Source of the DNA: a virus | UHGV virus genome: UHGV-1371085 | Reading direction: 5' to 3' (one strand) | DNA length: 48,079 nucleotides | Shown: positions 35,108-43,812 of the stretch, piece by piece | Layout: the number at the start of each line of letters is the position of its first letter | Position numbering within the stretch: position 1 is the stretch's first letter | Notes under the pieces: generated by a model | The model's database searches: none | What the model was told of the DNA's origin: nothing | The model's input: only the letters and a program-made list of their open reading frames with translations | Made by a program: the position numbers and the translations under genes

Positions 35108-35905
35108 ATGACCACAAGAAAAGAACTAGCTATTAAAGCCAGAGAGCAGGGATTAAAGCAGTTTGTCTGCACTGAGTTCCCTTGCGCAAAGTGTGGGTGC
35201 ACTACTTTCTTTACTGCTGGCTGTGGGAAATGCAAGGATTGCTTGTATGAGTTCACCAGAGCTAAGCGCGCAACAAGCGAGGGGCAGGAAAAGGAGCGCA
35301 TTAGCCGGAAAAAATCATATGACAAATATTACTCTATGCCTGAAAACAGGAAAAAGAAATCAGAAAAAGATAAAGCCTACATAAGGCGCGTAAAGTCTGA
35401 CCCTTCAAGGCGTGAAGCGTTCCTGGAAAAGAAAAGGAAGATTTATCGTAAATGGTATTACTCAAAGAATGGTAATGCAAAGGCATTGCAAAACGTAAAA
35501 CAATGGATGATGGATAACCCGCACCATCTACTCCTTAGGAAGGCCCTGGAAAGAATGGATATCAAGATCGGCGCTATTCTTTCTGATTCAAGCATTGATG
35601 AAGTTCTTGGTTACTCAAAAGATGAATTTGTTAACCATATAGAGTCAACAATGGAGGCATGGATGAGCTTTGATGATAGAAGTTCATGGCATATTGACCA
35701 TATTCTTCCTGTGAACTGGTTTGTTAAGAATGGGCTTGTGTATCCAGAGCTAGTTAATTGCTTGCATAACCTTAAAGCTGAACCTGCCGAGTACAATTTC
35801 AAAAAGAATAGCCGATGGCTAAGGGATGATATTACAGAGTGGGAGTGGTGCTACATGCTTCAGTGGATGGTTTATGGCGAGATAAGGTATAAAGAAGGGG
35901 GCTAA
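35108..35905 (+). CDS. HNH endonuclease with an N-terminal Cys-rich zinc-finger region
   Basis: SSWHIDHILPVNWF...LHNLKAEPAEYNFKKN is the HNH motif. FVCTEFPCAKCGCTTFFTAGCGKCKDC is a zinc-finger region. The gene is on the opposite strand inside the head operon, with SD AAGGA. Confidence 0.65.
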   Translation: MTTRKELAIKAREQGLKQFVCTEFPCAKCGCTTFFTAGCGKCKDCLYEFTRAKRATSEGQEKERISRKKSYDKYYSMPENRKKKSEKDKAYIRRVKSDPSRREAFLEKKRKIYRKWYYSKNGNAKALQNVKQWMMDNPHHLLLRKALERMDIKIGAILSDSSIDEVLGYSKDEFVNHIESTMEAWMSFDDRSSWHIDHILPVNWFVKNGLVYPELVNCLHNLKAEPAEYNFKKNSRWLRDDITEWEWCYMLQWMVYGEIRYKEGG

Positions 35906-35915
35906 CGCCCCCTTT
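35896..35915. terminator. bidirectional hairpin terminator between the HNH and MCP genes
   Basis: gggggc taac gccccc is flanked by TTTATC on the plus strand and TTCTTTAT on the minus strand. Confidence 0.5.
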
Positions 35916-35920
35916 ATCAA

Positions 35921-37009
35921 TTACAGTGCTGTTTGTGTACCGTATGCGTTAAATACCTTGGAGCGCCCCGCAAAATCCTTTTTCACCTGCAAACCCATAG
36001 CAGCCCAGGTCAGGAAGTTAAAGTTAGCGTGCGGCGTGGTGCGCGGCTCTGCATAGGTAGATACCGGCTGAGCGACGCGAGGGCGGATATACAGCGCATT
36101 CTTCACATAGCCGACGAAATGGTTTCCGGTCAGCTTGAAGTTGGTGCCGATAGACGCGATGCGGCCAACGTTTCCGGTTTTGCCGAATGCGAGGATGTAA
36201 TCCTCAATGGTGCCGCCTTTGAAGCCTGCCGCGTTGGAGTACGGACGGCTGAAGGAACGGCGCACGGACGGAGAAACCCACAGAGTAACCGGCTCGAACA
36301 CGTTCTGCGCATCCAGAACCGCCTGGAAATCCTGGTTGAAGAACTCAACGATTTCATCAGGGGTTGCAGTTTGCAGGTCGATGTTCAGCGCGCCAGTACC
36401 GGAGGCACTCAGGTTAAGCTGCACGGTGTTCGGGTGGTTGGTGATGCCGTAAGCAGCATAAACGCCGTTTACGTTCAGGCTTGCATCGCCGACCAGCAGA
36501 TAATCCGCCATGTCTGCGCGCAGGTTGAAGGTGGTGCTTTCCTGGTCATCAATCAGCGGGTCGAAACCTTCAGATTGCATACCCAGCAGCTCACGCCATT
36601 CACGGCCATAACCGGTTTTGAAGATCGGGATTACATCGCCGCTGTATGAGTAGCGGGTTTTATCCAGGTCTTCAGGCTCCTGCCCGGAGATGGTGCGCAC
36701 AACCTTACCAGCGTCGGAAGCCATGCGGCTAACTGCCACGGTCTTGCCGATGTTGATGTTGGTCGCCAGCGTCATCAGGTCGGCCATCATGTCCATGCCG
36801 GACTCGTTGCGGAATACACGGGTGGTCACGTCGTCCACTTCACGCCAGTAATCCTTCGTTACCAGCGCAGTGGCGTTTACGCCGTATTTTTTGGTCAGGT
36901 CGTGCTCACCATTAATGAAGACCTTGCGGTCAACTTTAAGGTGTTTCCACTGCTGCTCAACAATCTGCGAGTTGGCAATCAGACCTTTCGTAAAGATAAT
37001 CTTTTCCAT
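35921..37009 (-). CDS. major capsid protein
   Basis: 362 aa. It follows the scaffold and decoration genes, and its composition and size fit an HK97-fold siphovirus MCP. Confidence 0.8.
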   Translation of the reverse strand: MEKIIFTKGLIANSQIVEQQWKHLKVDRKVFINGEHDLTKKYGVNATALVTKDYWREVDDVTTRVFRNESGMDMMADLMTLATNINIGKTVAVSRMASDAGKVVRTISGQEPEDLDKTRYSYSGDVIPIFKTGYGREWRELLGMQSEGFDPLIDDQESTTFNLRADMADYLLVGDASLNVNGVYAAYGITNHPNTVQLNLSASGTGALNIDLQTATPDEIVEFFNQDFQAVLDAQNVFEPVTLWVSPSVRRSFSRPYSNAAGFKGGTIEDYILAFGKTGNVGRIASIGTNFKLTGNHFVGYVKNALYIRPRVAQPVSTYAEPRTTPHANFNFLTWAAMGLQVKKDFAGRSKVFNAYGTQTAL

Positions 37010-37020
37010 TGTTCGGCTCC

Positions 37021-37485
37021 TTACGCCGCAGGCATTGCAGCATTGCCAGCACGACGAACTGCAACGAGTTCAGCGCCATCAGATGCTACGGTGTAGGCTT
37101 CATACGCATAAAACAGGATATTTTCTCCTGCTTCTGCAACCTTTAACGCGCCGGAGCCATTGCTTGCCAGCGGAGTACCTTTTACCAGCGCGGAGGATGC
37201 CGCAACCAGAGCGTGATACGTTACGCCAAATTCGCACTGTACTGCCATGCCGGTAGCATTCGCCGGTACAGCTTCGCTCACGTCGCCGCCGCCAACATAG
37301 TTGTGTTGCAGAACGTAGGGGAAACCCTGACCGCCAGCAGTCGCATGCGCGATGATTTTGTCAGAAGAGTTGAAATCGACCAGCGCGCCCGGTTGCAGCG
37401 AGACGTTCATCAGGCCTTCGCGCAGCTGCGGGTCGTTTTTGCGGGCCGGGCCGCCGATGATGGTGCCATAACGGATAGTAGCCAT
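37021..37485 (-). CDS. head decoration / accessory capsid protein (putative)
   Basis: 154 aa, Gly/Ala-rich. It lies between the scaffold and MCP genes. Confidence 0.4.
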   Translation of the reverse strand: MATIRYGTIIGGPARKNDPQLREGLMNVSLQPGALVDFNSSDKIIAHATAGGQGFPYVLQHNYVGGGDVSEAVPANATGMAVQCEFGVTYHALVAASSALVKGTPLASNGSGALKVAEAGENILFYAYEAYTVASDGAELVAVRRAGNAAMPAA

Positions 37486-38885
37486 TATTCAGGTGCCTCC
37501 ATATCAAAATCTTCTTCGGCACGGTTCGGCTGGAACCCGCCGGAAATCGGAGCCGCTTTACTGGTGAGTGCATACGTTTCACGCAGTGCTTCGCCAGTCA
37601 GCGCATTAACAGCAGATTCCGGCAACTTCAGCTCAGCCATAATGGCGGCGCGCATTGCGGTTTCTTCCTGTGCAGCATTGGCTTGCAGCTGGTCGCGCAG
37701 GGTTTTGTTTTGCGCCTCCACATCGGCCAGTTTCTGGTTGACTGCGGTCAACGATTCCTGAACCGGTTTGAGGGCATCGGCTAATACAGCCTGTAATTCC
37801 TCGTTAGTCATTGAGATTTCCCCTTGAGTTGTTTTTACCGGTTCAAGCTCTGTCTTATAAACAGCCTTAACCCGTTCACCGACTAATTCTACCATATCCT
37901 CGCGGACGATGTAGGACTGCATATAAATGGTGCCGTCAATCTCAACGCCGAAGTAATTATCATAAACGGCGACGATATAAGGCCATGAATCATCACCATT
38001 CTCTGCCTTGATAATATTGCGGAGCTGCTCGGTAATATCCATGAATGACAGTTGATTGCCAGTCAGGCGATTGATGGCGCGCTGCCACCATTTGATTTTG
38101 TTTGCACTTTCGTCGGTCATTACCGATTCCTCAAGGTTAACCACAACGCGCTCAATGTCTTCGCCGTTAGCAGCAAAGATACCGACACCATCAGCAGGGC
38201 CGCCAGCACCGGGAATGCCAGGCGGAAGAATAGCGAGATGATCCCACTCCATATTCCGGGCAATCCAGGAATATTTTTTACCCTTAGAAGTTCCTGATGC
38301 CTGCTCGCGGTTAAGTAGCAACCCGGTAGATACCTGAACAGGCTCAGCATCGGCGCTGTTAACTTTGAGCCCATCAATGCGCGACAGCAATTCTTTGCCT
38401 TTATCAGAGCGCTCAGCTACCACCTTATTAATATAAAGGTCTACCAGCGCCTTGCTGCCGTCATGGGATGAGTTTTCAATCCATGCACCAACGCTGAACT
38501 GGTTGGCAGCTCGCGTCATATTGGCCGATACGTATTTGCCGTCAATCTTCGGGTGGTCATATGGCGCCGGTTTACCGTCAAGGCCATGAAATGATTTTTT
38601 AATCTCATCACCCGGGTACAGGCCGCCGTTCATGACGATGTCGTCCACAACCGGCACAACATTCTTGATGACATAATGCGGGTCGCCATCAATGATTTTC
38701 TCACTGATGTTGCTGGCTGAGTTGATGGTGTACAGGATATTAACCTGTAATTTATTATTCATGTGCTTGAACGCCTCCACCTCAGCAAGGCGCTTTTTCG
38801 CCGCTTCTTCGGTGTCGTACTCGCCAAACTGGTGCGAGCCATCCTTAGATTTAACGACCCACTTGTCGCCAATTTTGACAATCAT
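37485..38885 (-). CDS. prohead protease and/or scaffold protein (466 aa)
   Basis: It lies upstream of the decoration and MCP genes. The C-terminal third is a coiled coil ([40 protein letters not shown]). The N-terminal region resembles phage protease/scaffold fusion proteins. Confidence 0.45.
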   Translation of the reverse strand: MIVKIGDKWVVKSKDGSHQFGEYDTEEAAKKRLAEVEAFKHMNNKLQVNILYTINSASNISEKIIDGDPHYVIKNVVPVVDDIVMNGGLYPGDEIKKSFHGLDGKPAPYDHPKIDGKYVSANMTRAANQFSVGAWIENSSHDGSKALVDLYINKVVAERSDKGKELLSRIDGLKVNSADAEPVQVSTGLLLNREQASGTSKGKKYSWIARNMEWDHLAILPPGIPGAGGPADGVGIFAANGEDIERVVVNLEESVMTDESANKIKWWQRAINRLTGNQLSFMDITEQLRNIIKAENGDDSWPYIVAVYDNYFGVEIDGTIYMQSYIVREDMVELVGERVKAVYKTELEPVKTTQGEISMTNEELQAVLADALKPVQESLTAVNQKLADVEAQNKTLRDQLQANAAQEETAMRAAIMAELKLPESAVNALTGEALRETYALTSKAAPISGGFQPNRAEEDFDMEAPE

Positions 38886-38903
38886 GACCTTTCTCCGCGC
38901 TTA

Positions 38904-38925
38904 CTTTATGCCCGGATTATAACAC
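38904..38925 (-). promoter_or_regulatory. candidate late promoter with an extended -10 (TGTTATAAT) upstream of the scaffold gene
   Basis: The minus strand reads ggtgTGtTATAATccgg, about 25 nt upstream of the scaffold ATG. No good -35 is present. Confidence 0.3.
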
Positions 38926-39023
38926 ACCATGAATATGCACCATGAGAGGGACGCGAAGAGGTACAGCGGAGACGCCGTGAAAGCGAAAAGGGTGGCAAAG
39001 AATGATATCAGTATGACAGGCAT

Positions 39024-39055
39024 GGCTGCTACCTCCTGAATTCAAGGTAGCAGCC
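39024..39055. other. perfect 11-bp stem hairpin (GGCTGCTACCT n10 AGGTAGCAGCC) with a GAATTC site in the loop
   Basis: Lies in the 180-nt non-coding gap between the early-type gene block and the scaffold gene. It has no U-tract. Confidence 0.45.
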
Positions 39056-39067
39056 AATGATGGAGAT

Positions 39068-39412
39068 TTATTGAGGACTATTCTTATTTAACATTCCGCA
39101 GTTAATTTTTGCGCGGTTTACCGCATCCATGAACTTGCCAACAGGCATCGTTTTGCGGATTTCAGCCAGAATGGCGCCGTGCAACATTCTTTCTTCGCCG
39201 TAGTAGAGCTTATCAAGGCGAGTACGAACCAGAGCGCGGGTGCGTTTCATATGGTCACGAGCTTTAATGGCCTTTTGCCGCCACACCTTATCGTCACCAT
39301 GAAAGTCGCTTAACTGGCGCTCAATGGCTTCAATTTCAAATGCCAGCAGCATGTCGGCATCATCGAGTTCACTTACTGTTGCGGTCATGATTTCTGATAG
39401 CTGGAGTTTCAT
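39068..39412 (-). CDS. hypothetical protein (114 aa)
   Basis: ORF with a 4-nt overlap to the upstream gene. Confidence 0.4.
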   Translation of the reverse strand: MKLQLSEIMTATVSELDDADMLLAFEIEAIERQLSDFHGDDKVWRQKAIKARDHMKRTRALVRTRLDKLYYGEERMLHGAILAEIRKTMPVGKFMDAVNRAKINCGMLNKNSPQ

Positions 39413-39783
39413 TGCTTCACCTTTAATCCTAATTTAACTACGCGCCTTTTGATCTCAAGCCAAAAGGCTTCCTCTCGAAACTTTCCGTGCCAGCTCGAAT
39501 ACCATTTCTTGTCTTCAATTGATGGAAGCTCAATCTCAATGGCTTCGCGCGATGCTTGCCATGCTTGCCATGCACCATTGGTTGCTGGGTATAAGTAGCC
39601 GTCATTTTTAGTAGTAATACTAAAACCAGCATTGGTTGCCCACGCTTCAAACTGCTCTCTACTCGTCATCTTCACTTCCTCCACTATCCACCCCATCTCT
39701 CTGTGATTACTGGCCGTGCGCTCACAGTTGGTGACAAACAGCACGGCTCCTGATTTATGCTTTACCGCCCACATGACTGGCAC
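39409..39783 (-). CDS. hypothetical protein (124 aa, or 85 aa from MTSREQ at 39669 with a GGAGG SD)
   Basis: ORF with an internal strong SD and ATG at 39669. Confidence 0.4.
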   Translation of the reverse strand: MPVMWAVKHKSGAVLFVTNCERTASNHREMGWIVEEVKMTSREQFEAWATNAGFSITTKNDGYLYPATNGAWQAWQASREAIEIELPSIEDKKWYSSWHGKFREEAFWLEIKRRVVKLGLKVKQ

Positions 39784-40232
39784 GCCCCGGCAAGCAGCTT
39801 TTCAAACATCATCCTGTCACGGCTCATGCCAAACGGGATGACCTCCTGCCAGTAATATTTCCATGCTCCACCGGGAAGCATTTCACGGTCAACCTGACCA
39901 ATGCTTGCCAGATAGCGCATGCGTGCCTTGAGGATGGTGTAATTGACGTCGACAGCCTCCGCTATCTGCTTGCTCTTGCGTCCCGGATTCGACTCAAGAT
40001 AATTCTGAATAGCCAAATCGAGCGCGGTATTATCGGGATTGAGGAAATACTTAAAGCAGCGCCTGCCATGGCTGACGCTTTCCTCTTTAATAATAAATCC
40101 CATTTTTTCCATCTCTACCAGGCAGAGATTTATTCTTACACGGTCATTTGAGCCAGTCTGCTTGCGTATCATGGCATTGGTTGCGCCGCCGCAGCGCTCT
40201 ATCGCCGTGAGTATTTGCGTTTTAAAGTCCAT
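39762..40232 (-). CDS. DNA-binding protein with two winged-helix-like segments (about 156 aa from MDFK)
   Basis: MIRKQTGSNDRVRINLCLVEMEKMGFI and IAEAVDVNYTILKARMRYLASIGQV both resemble wHTH segments. Confidence 0.45.
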   Translation of the reverse strand: MDFKTQILTAIERCGGATNAMIRKQTGSNDRVRINLCLVEMEKMGFIIKEESVSHGRRCFKYFLNPDNTALDLAIQNYLESNPGRKSKQIAEAVDVNYTILKARMRYLASIGQVDREMLPGGAWKYYWQEVIPFGMSRDRMMFEKLLAGACQSCGR

Positions 40233-40458
40233 TTGCGCGCTCCATTGCATCCTGTTTGTAGTCGTCAGCGGTATAGAGGTGTCCACCCCTTGTATTCCAT
40301 AGGGCAACCGCTGTCGCTGCGTCCATCCAATCATCAGTGCGGCCACCGCAATCCTGGCATACTACAAAATGCCATTTTCCATCATTGTTCTGCATGGAAT
40401 TTTCTGCACCGCAAAACGGACACTCAAGCAGCCCATCATCATTCATCATTGGTTTCAT
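40222..40458 (-). CDS. lar: Lar-family restriction alleviation protein
   Basis: LLECPFCGAENSMQNNDGKWHFVVCQDCGGRTDDWMDAATAVALWNTRGG fits the Lar pattern CPFCG...C.DCG...A...WN.R. Confidence 0.65.
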   Translation of the reverse strand: MKPMMNDDGLLECPFCGAENSMQNNDGKWHFVVCQDCGGRTDDWMDAATAVALWNTRGGHLYTADDYKQDAMERANGL

Positions 40459-40667
40459 TTTTTCAGCCCATTAATAATAAAAAATTTCATCTGGATATCG
40501 CAAAGTTTACGTAAAACCCTGTCCCTTCGATAACATCGCTTTTTCTTTGGGTTCAGCATTTGCTTCAGTGTTCTGCGGTCTGGCTGGTTTTTCTTCCGGT
40601 CGCACCTTGCATTACTCTCCCTGATATCAGCCACAATTAATTCATGAAGCGTGCTGGCCTTGCTCAT
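40455..40667 (-). CDS. hypothetical basic protein (70 aa from MSKAS)
   Basis: SD GGTGG precedes the start. Arg/Lys-rich. Confidence 0.35.
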   Translation of the reverse strand: MSKASTLHELIVADIRESNARCDRKKNQPDRRTLKQMLNPKKKRCYRRDRVLRKLCDIQMKFFIINGLKK

Positions 40668-40855
40668 TTCGCCACCCATTCGCCAATATTGCTGAAATGC
40701 GGGCGCCCTTCGCGCCATTCGATAATTTCGCGGTTAACCTGCCGCTGCATGCGGTTACGAACCTCGCGCAATTCTCCTTCCACCCATGCGCGAGTACGGT
40801 CGAGTTCTTCCAGCTTGTTGAGTAACTCTTTTTCGTATACCTGATCAGTTGTCAT
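40664..40855 (-). CDS. hypothetical coiled-coil protein (63 aa)
   Basis: SD GGTGAG precedes the start. The sequence is E/R-rich and helical in appearance. Confidence 0.4.
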   Translation of the reverse strand: MTTDQVYEKELLNKLEELDRTRAWVEGELREVRNRMQRQVNREIIEWREGRPHFSNIGEWVAK

Positions 40856-41009
40856 TTTTTCTCACCATCAGCAATTTATAGTTAACGCCATAGTATTTGA
40901 GGATTTCGCTATGGACATGCAGATACCCATCACCATCCTCAATCGGAACCTTTACCACGATATAAAACCCCCGGTAACGGCCTGTCAATCCAGCAGGATT
41001 GTTGTTCAT
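40845..41009 (-). CDS. hypothetical protein (54 aa from MNNNPAGL)
   Basis: Strong SD GGAGG lies 8 nt upstream. It overlaps the previous ORF by about 70 nt. Confidence 0.4.
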   Translation of the reverse strand: MNNNPAGLTGRYRGFYIVVKVPIEDGDGYLHVHSEILKYYGVNYKLLMVRKNDN

Positions 41010-41142
41010 GCGCTGCCTCCATTGCTGCCATATCAATGCGCAGCTCGACAGATTTGATGATTGATTCCGGGATGCTGAGCATCTCAAGCATTTCCCGGCA
41101 GTCCCTCTTGTGCACCTCTGTTACTTCTCGCCAGCCCTTCAT
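40939..41142 (-). CDS. hypothetical protein (67 aa), first leftward ORF after the divergent promoter region
   Basis: SD GGTGTGG precedes the start. Its C-terminal half overlaps the next gene in another frame. Confidence 0.3.
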   Translation of the reverse strand: MKGWREVTEVHKRDCREMLEMLSIPESIIKSVELRIDMAAMEAAHEQQSCWIDRPLPGVLYRGKGSD

Positions 41143-41239
41143 TCCACACCACCGATATCCAATGTGATATAATCTACGTCATTAAGTATTGACTAGCTGA
41201 CGTAGATTAGTCAATACTATTTTCACAGGAGAGCGACAA
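41143..41239. promoter_or_regulatory. divergent promoter/operator region with two inverted TGACGTAGATT elements flanking TTGACT hexamers
   Basis: AATCTACGTCAttaagtaTTGACTagcTGACGTAGATTagtcaatact. Confidence 0.5.
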
Positions 41240-41440
41240 ATGGCGAGACAACGCAAAGAACCACTGGAAGTACTGACTGAGATTATCACTAAGCGCCAGC
41301 CGCTAAGCCTGCGCGATGTCAGATACTATGCTCACTGCTATGTGGCAATGCGCGAATGGAGCGCTGAAGAAATGTATGCGTTTGTGCGTGAACACTTCAG
41401 CGTGGATGAGAAAAACAAGGTCACATTGAGAGGTGAGTGA
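41240..41440 (+). CDS. hypothetical small protein (66 aa), possible regulator
   Basis: First rightward gene after the divergent region. Its stop overlaps the next ATG. Confidence 0.4.
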   Translation: MARQRKEPLEVLTEIITKRQPLSLRDVRYYAHCYVAMREWSAEEMYAFVREHFSVDEKNKVTLRGE

Positions 41441-41916
41441 TGAGATACAAATACCATAAAGGAAGCGAGGCTGATTTTGAAGGGCGTAAGTTGGCCGTCA
41501 TGGTGGTTAAATCTGGCAGGACTGGAATTATTTATTATCTTGGCAAAGAGTATATCGGCAAAGAGCAAATAGTTGAATATGCTGGCGATACCATCATCGC
41601 CCACCGCGAACTAATCCCGGAAGAAAAGGAGTCAGTAACTATCATCAACAACTCAACCGACCAGCTCATCACCGAGCGCGGCAGCCGCTATGGAAAGTTC
41701 AAAGACGGTGCGGATATCATGCAGTCACTGAAAGACACCATGCGAGACGTTGACGGCTGGAACAACCTGACGGCGAGCCAGAAGGAAGCGCTCGACATGA
41801 TTCAGCATAAAATTGGCCGCATTCTGAATGGCGACCCGACATACGACGATAGCTGGAAAGACATTGCTGGATATGCAACATTAATTGTTAATGAACTGAA
41901 TGGGGAAGCAAAATAA
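41437..41916 (+). CDS. phage protein with a C-terminal DUF6378-like (nucleotide-hydrolase-like) helical domain
   Basis: ERGSRYGKFKDGADIMQSL...ASQKEALDMIQHKIGRILNGDPTYDDSWKDIAGYATL resembles the R-Y-G...DSW-DIAGYA pattern of a recurrent phage domain. Confidence 0.4.
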   Translation: MMRYKYHKGSEADFEGRKLAVMVVKSGRTGIIYYLGKEYIGKEQIVEYAGDTIIAHRELIPEEKESVTIINNSTDQLITERGSRYGKFKDGADIMQSLKDTMRDVDGWNNLTASQKEALDMIQHKIGRILNGDPTYDDSWKDIAGYATLIVNELNGEAK

Positions 41917-42278
41917 TGAACCGTCTTCTGAAAAACATCGCATGGGATATCTTCCTGACGTGGCCGCTGATTTACTTCGGCCTGTTTATGCAAAATGTGT
42001 ATGCATACAATATGGCTATGGCTTTTTTCTGGTTCATGTCGATTGCGTCAATCATTGCATCAGTTGGCTTGCTATCAAGCAAAGACCTGCTTGATAAATC
42101 TGTCGCTCGCTACAAAAAGCCGCTGTGGATTCATGGTAAATACCAGGTTGTGACGACATTTTGCGAGATAGCGGTTATGTTCGCGCTTGGGTATTTCTGG
42201 CTTGGTGGGTTTTACCTGACTGCGACGCTGTTTCGCGCTGCTGCCAAAGATAAAGTGGCAGAGGAGGCTGGTAAATAA
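41916..42278 (+). CDS. integral membrane protein (about 4 TM helices)
   Basis: Hydrophobic helices WDIFLTWPLIYFGLFM, AMAFFWFMSIASIIASVGLL, TTFCEIAVMFALGYFWLGGFYL. Confidence 0.5.
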   Translation: MNRLLKNIAWDIFLTWPLIYFGLFMQNVYAYNMAMAFFWFMSIASIIASVGLLSSKDLLDKSVARYKKPLWIHGKYQVVTTFCEIAVMFALGYFWLGGFYLTATLFRAAAKDKVAEEAGK

Positions 42279-42423
42279 TGCCGGTAAAGCAGAATAGAGT
42301 GCCAAAGGCCTACATCATCACCAGCAATCGTGGTCGCCGCTATCTGGCGTTTGCTGGTAGTGTTGAGCATCAGAATGCGGCCATGTTTGGCTATGAGATG
42401 AAACCACTCTATGAGGATTTAAA

Positions 42424-42639
42424 ATGACAGTACAAGCAGCGAAAGACCCTGGGAAAATCTGGCTACATCAGGAGATTATTGACGGACGCCTGGAAGTGGT
42501 GGACCAGGATGGGAGGATTGTTGGCGGCGTGGTGAAAACTGACACCAGCACGCAATCGAGAGGAAAGATTGCCACCATGATTATTGAGGTTGAAATTGCC
42601 GCAAAACTCGATGGTGAAAATATCGGCTTCGTTGTTTAG
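42424..42639 (+). CDS. hypothetical protein (71 aa)
   Basis: ORF before the terminator. A 49-aa ORF lies at 42278-42427 between this gene and the previous one. Confidence 0.4.
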   Translation: MTVQAAKDPGKIWLHQEIIDGRLEVVDQDGRIVGGVVKTDTSTQSRGKIATMIIEVEIAAKLDGENIGFVV

Positions 42640-42652
42640 CTTTCCAGGCCAA

Positions 42653-42682
42653 GCAAAGCCCCTTTACGGGGCTTTTTTATTG
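42653..42682. terminator. bidirectional rho-independent terminator
   Basis: aaagcccc ttta cggggcttt followed by TTTATT. It overlaps the Rz stop region. Confidence 0.65.
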
Positions 42683-43158
42683 CGCAGGGAGTTATATTGC
42701 GCCTGGCAAGTCAATCCTGCTTCTCTTGCTGAGTCAGCATATTCTGCCAGTTGTCTGTTTCTTTCGACAGATTTGCTGAGCACGTCGGCAAGCAAAACTC
42801 CGGTGTTTGAGGCTGGATTGCCAATGGACTCAGTGCGGGAATAATCGACGAGCTGCTTTCTGATTGTGGCGAGCTGTTGCTGCAACCTGCCAGACTTAAC
42901 AGCAGCAGCGGAAGCATCAGCACGTGCGGCATCAATGCGACTCTGCGCTTCCTGCTCGATGGTTTTTTTGTCTTGCTCATGTTGTTCGCTTGCCTCTTTG
43001 TCTTTGACCTTCTGCGCCTCCACGGCCGCCAGATATCCAGAGTTATATTTCGCCTTCCCGTAATTGACCCACTTTCCGTAGATAATCAGCGCCAGAAGTG
43101 CGACGCCGATGATAGCGGCAACAACTTTCCAGTTAGCCTTGAGGATTTGCAGAATCAT
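42664..43158 (-). CDS. i-spanin (Rz-like)
   Basis: An N-terminal TM helix is followed by a coiled-coil periplasmic domain. The gene sits downstream of the holin gene and contains an embedded lipoprotein gene in another frame. Confidence 0.7.
   Translation of the reverse strand: MILQILKANWKVVAAIIGVALLALIIYGKWVNYGKAKYNSGYLAAVEAQKVKDKEASEQHEQDKKTIEQEAQSRIDAARADASAAAVKSGRLQQQLATIRKQLVDYSRTESIGNPASNTGVLLADVLSKSVERNRQLAEYADSAREAGLTCQAQYNSLRNKKAP
42711..42980 (-). CDS. o-spanin (Rz1-like lipoprotein) embedded in the i-spanin gene
   Basis: Signal peptide with lipobox LLLSLAGC. The mature part is Pro/Ser-rich. The gene lies entirely inside Rz in the +1 frame. Confidence 0.7.
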   Translation of the reverse strand: MSKTKKPSSRKRRVALMPHVLMLPLLLLSLAGCSNSSPQSESSSSIIPALSPLAIQPQTPEFCLPTCSANLSKETDNWQNMLTQQEKQD

Positions 43159-43378
43159 TTTTCAGCGCCTTAATCTCTTTCTTCATGCCGTGCATTTTCC
43201 CAAACAGCGAGGCAAGAAGGATGCTGTAGCTGATCGCCTTGACCGCAATCGGCGGAATGGCAGACTTGAGGTCTTCAGGCATGAAAGCCCACACATGAAC
43301 CATGGCGTCAGGCCAGAGCTGAATCAGCGAGCAGAATGATGCCCAAATGCCGATAAGCCAGTTACTGAGGCGCTTCAT
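43133..43378 (-). CDS. holin (putative; 81 aa with TM segments)
   Basis: Lies between the lysozyme and Rz genes. Hydrophobic segments LIGIWASFCSLIQLW and AVKAISYSILLASLF, with a charged C-terminus. Confidence 0.5.
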   Translation of the reverse strand: MKRLSNWLIGIWASFCSLIQLWPDAMVHVWAFMPEDLKSAIPPIAVKAISYSILLASLFGKMHGMKKEIKALKNDSANPQG

Positions 43379-43812
43379 GACATGTATACCTCACGTTCGG
43401 CTGCGCGGCGCTTGGTGAGTCCATTCATGACCTTGCCATTAGCGCGATTCCACACCCGGAACTGGTCAGCGGCGCAGGTATAGCAGCGGGCATTATGCTT
43501 TTTCAGCAGAGTTGATTTGCCAAAGTTACCAAGCCCGATGTTATAGGCCAGCGACACCATTGCATCAAACTGGCCCTGAGTTGTCGGGGCAGTGATGAGT
43601 GACGAGACGCCGCTTTCAAATTTCGCTACGTCTTTATCAAACCATGCGTCAGCCATTGCCTGCGTGACCTTCATTCCAGGCTTAACGTCGCTTCCGGTAT
43701 GACCGTACCCAGCGGTGTACGGAGCGCCTCCGGTTGCCGGGTCAGGGTAGACTGCAAGCACCAGCCCCTCATGAGATTTAATTAAATTCTTTCCGCGCGT
43801 TGATAGTTTCAT
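43375..43812 (-). CDS. endolysin (T4-type lysozyme, GH24 family)
   Basis: MKLSTRGKNLIKSHEGLVLAVYPDPATGGAPYTAGYGHT has the E...D...T catalytic triad context of phage lysozymes. Confidence 0.85.
   Translation of the reverse strand: MKLSTRGKNLIKSHEGLVLAVYPDPATGGAPYTAGYGHTGSDVKPGMKVTQAMADAWFDKDVAKFESGVSSLITAPTTQGQFDAMVSLAYNIGLGNFGKSTLLKKHNARCYTCAADQFRVWNRANGKVMNGLTKRRAAEREVYMS

Noticed and set aside
35933-36649. 238-aa plus-strand ORF antisense to the major capsid gene
   Set aside because: It is entirely inside the MCP gene on the opposite strand and is Arg/Val-rich, which is typical of an antisense artefact.
37213-37761. 182-aa plus-strand ORF overlapping the decoration and scaffold genes
   Set aside because: Antisense shadow ORF.
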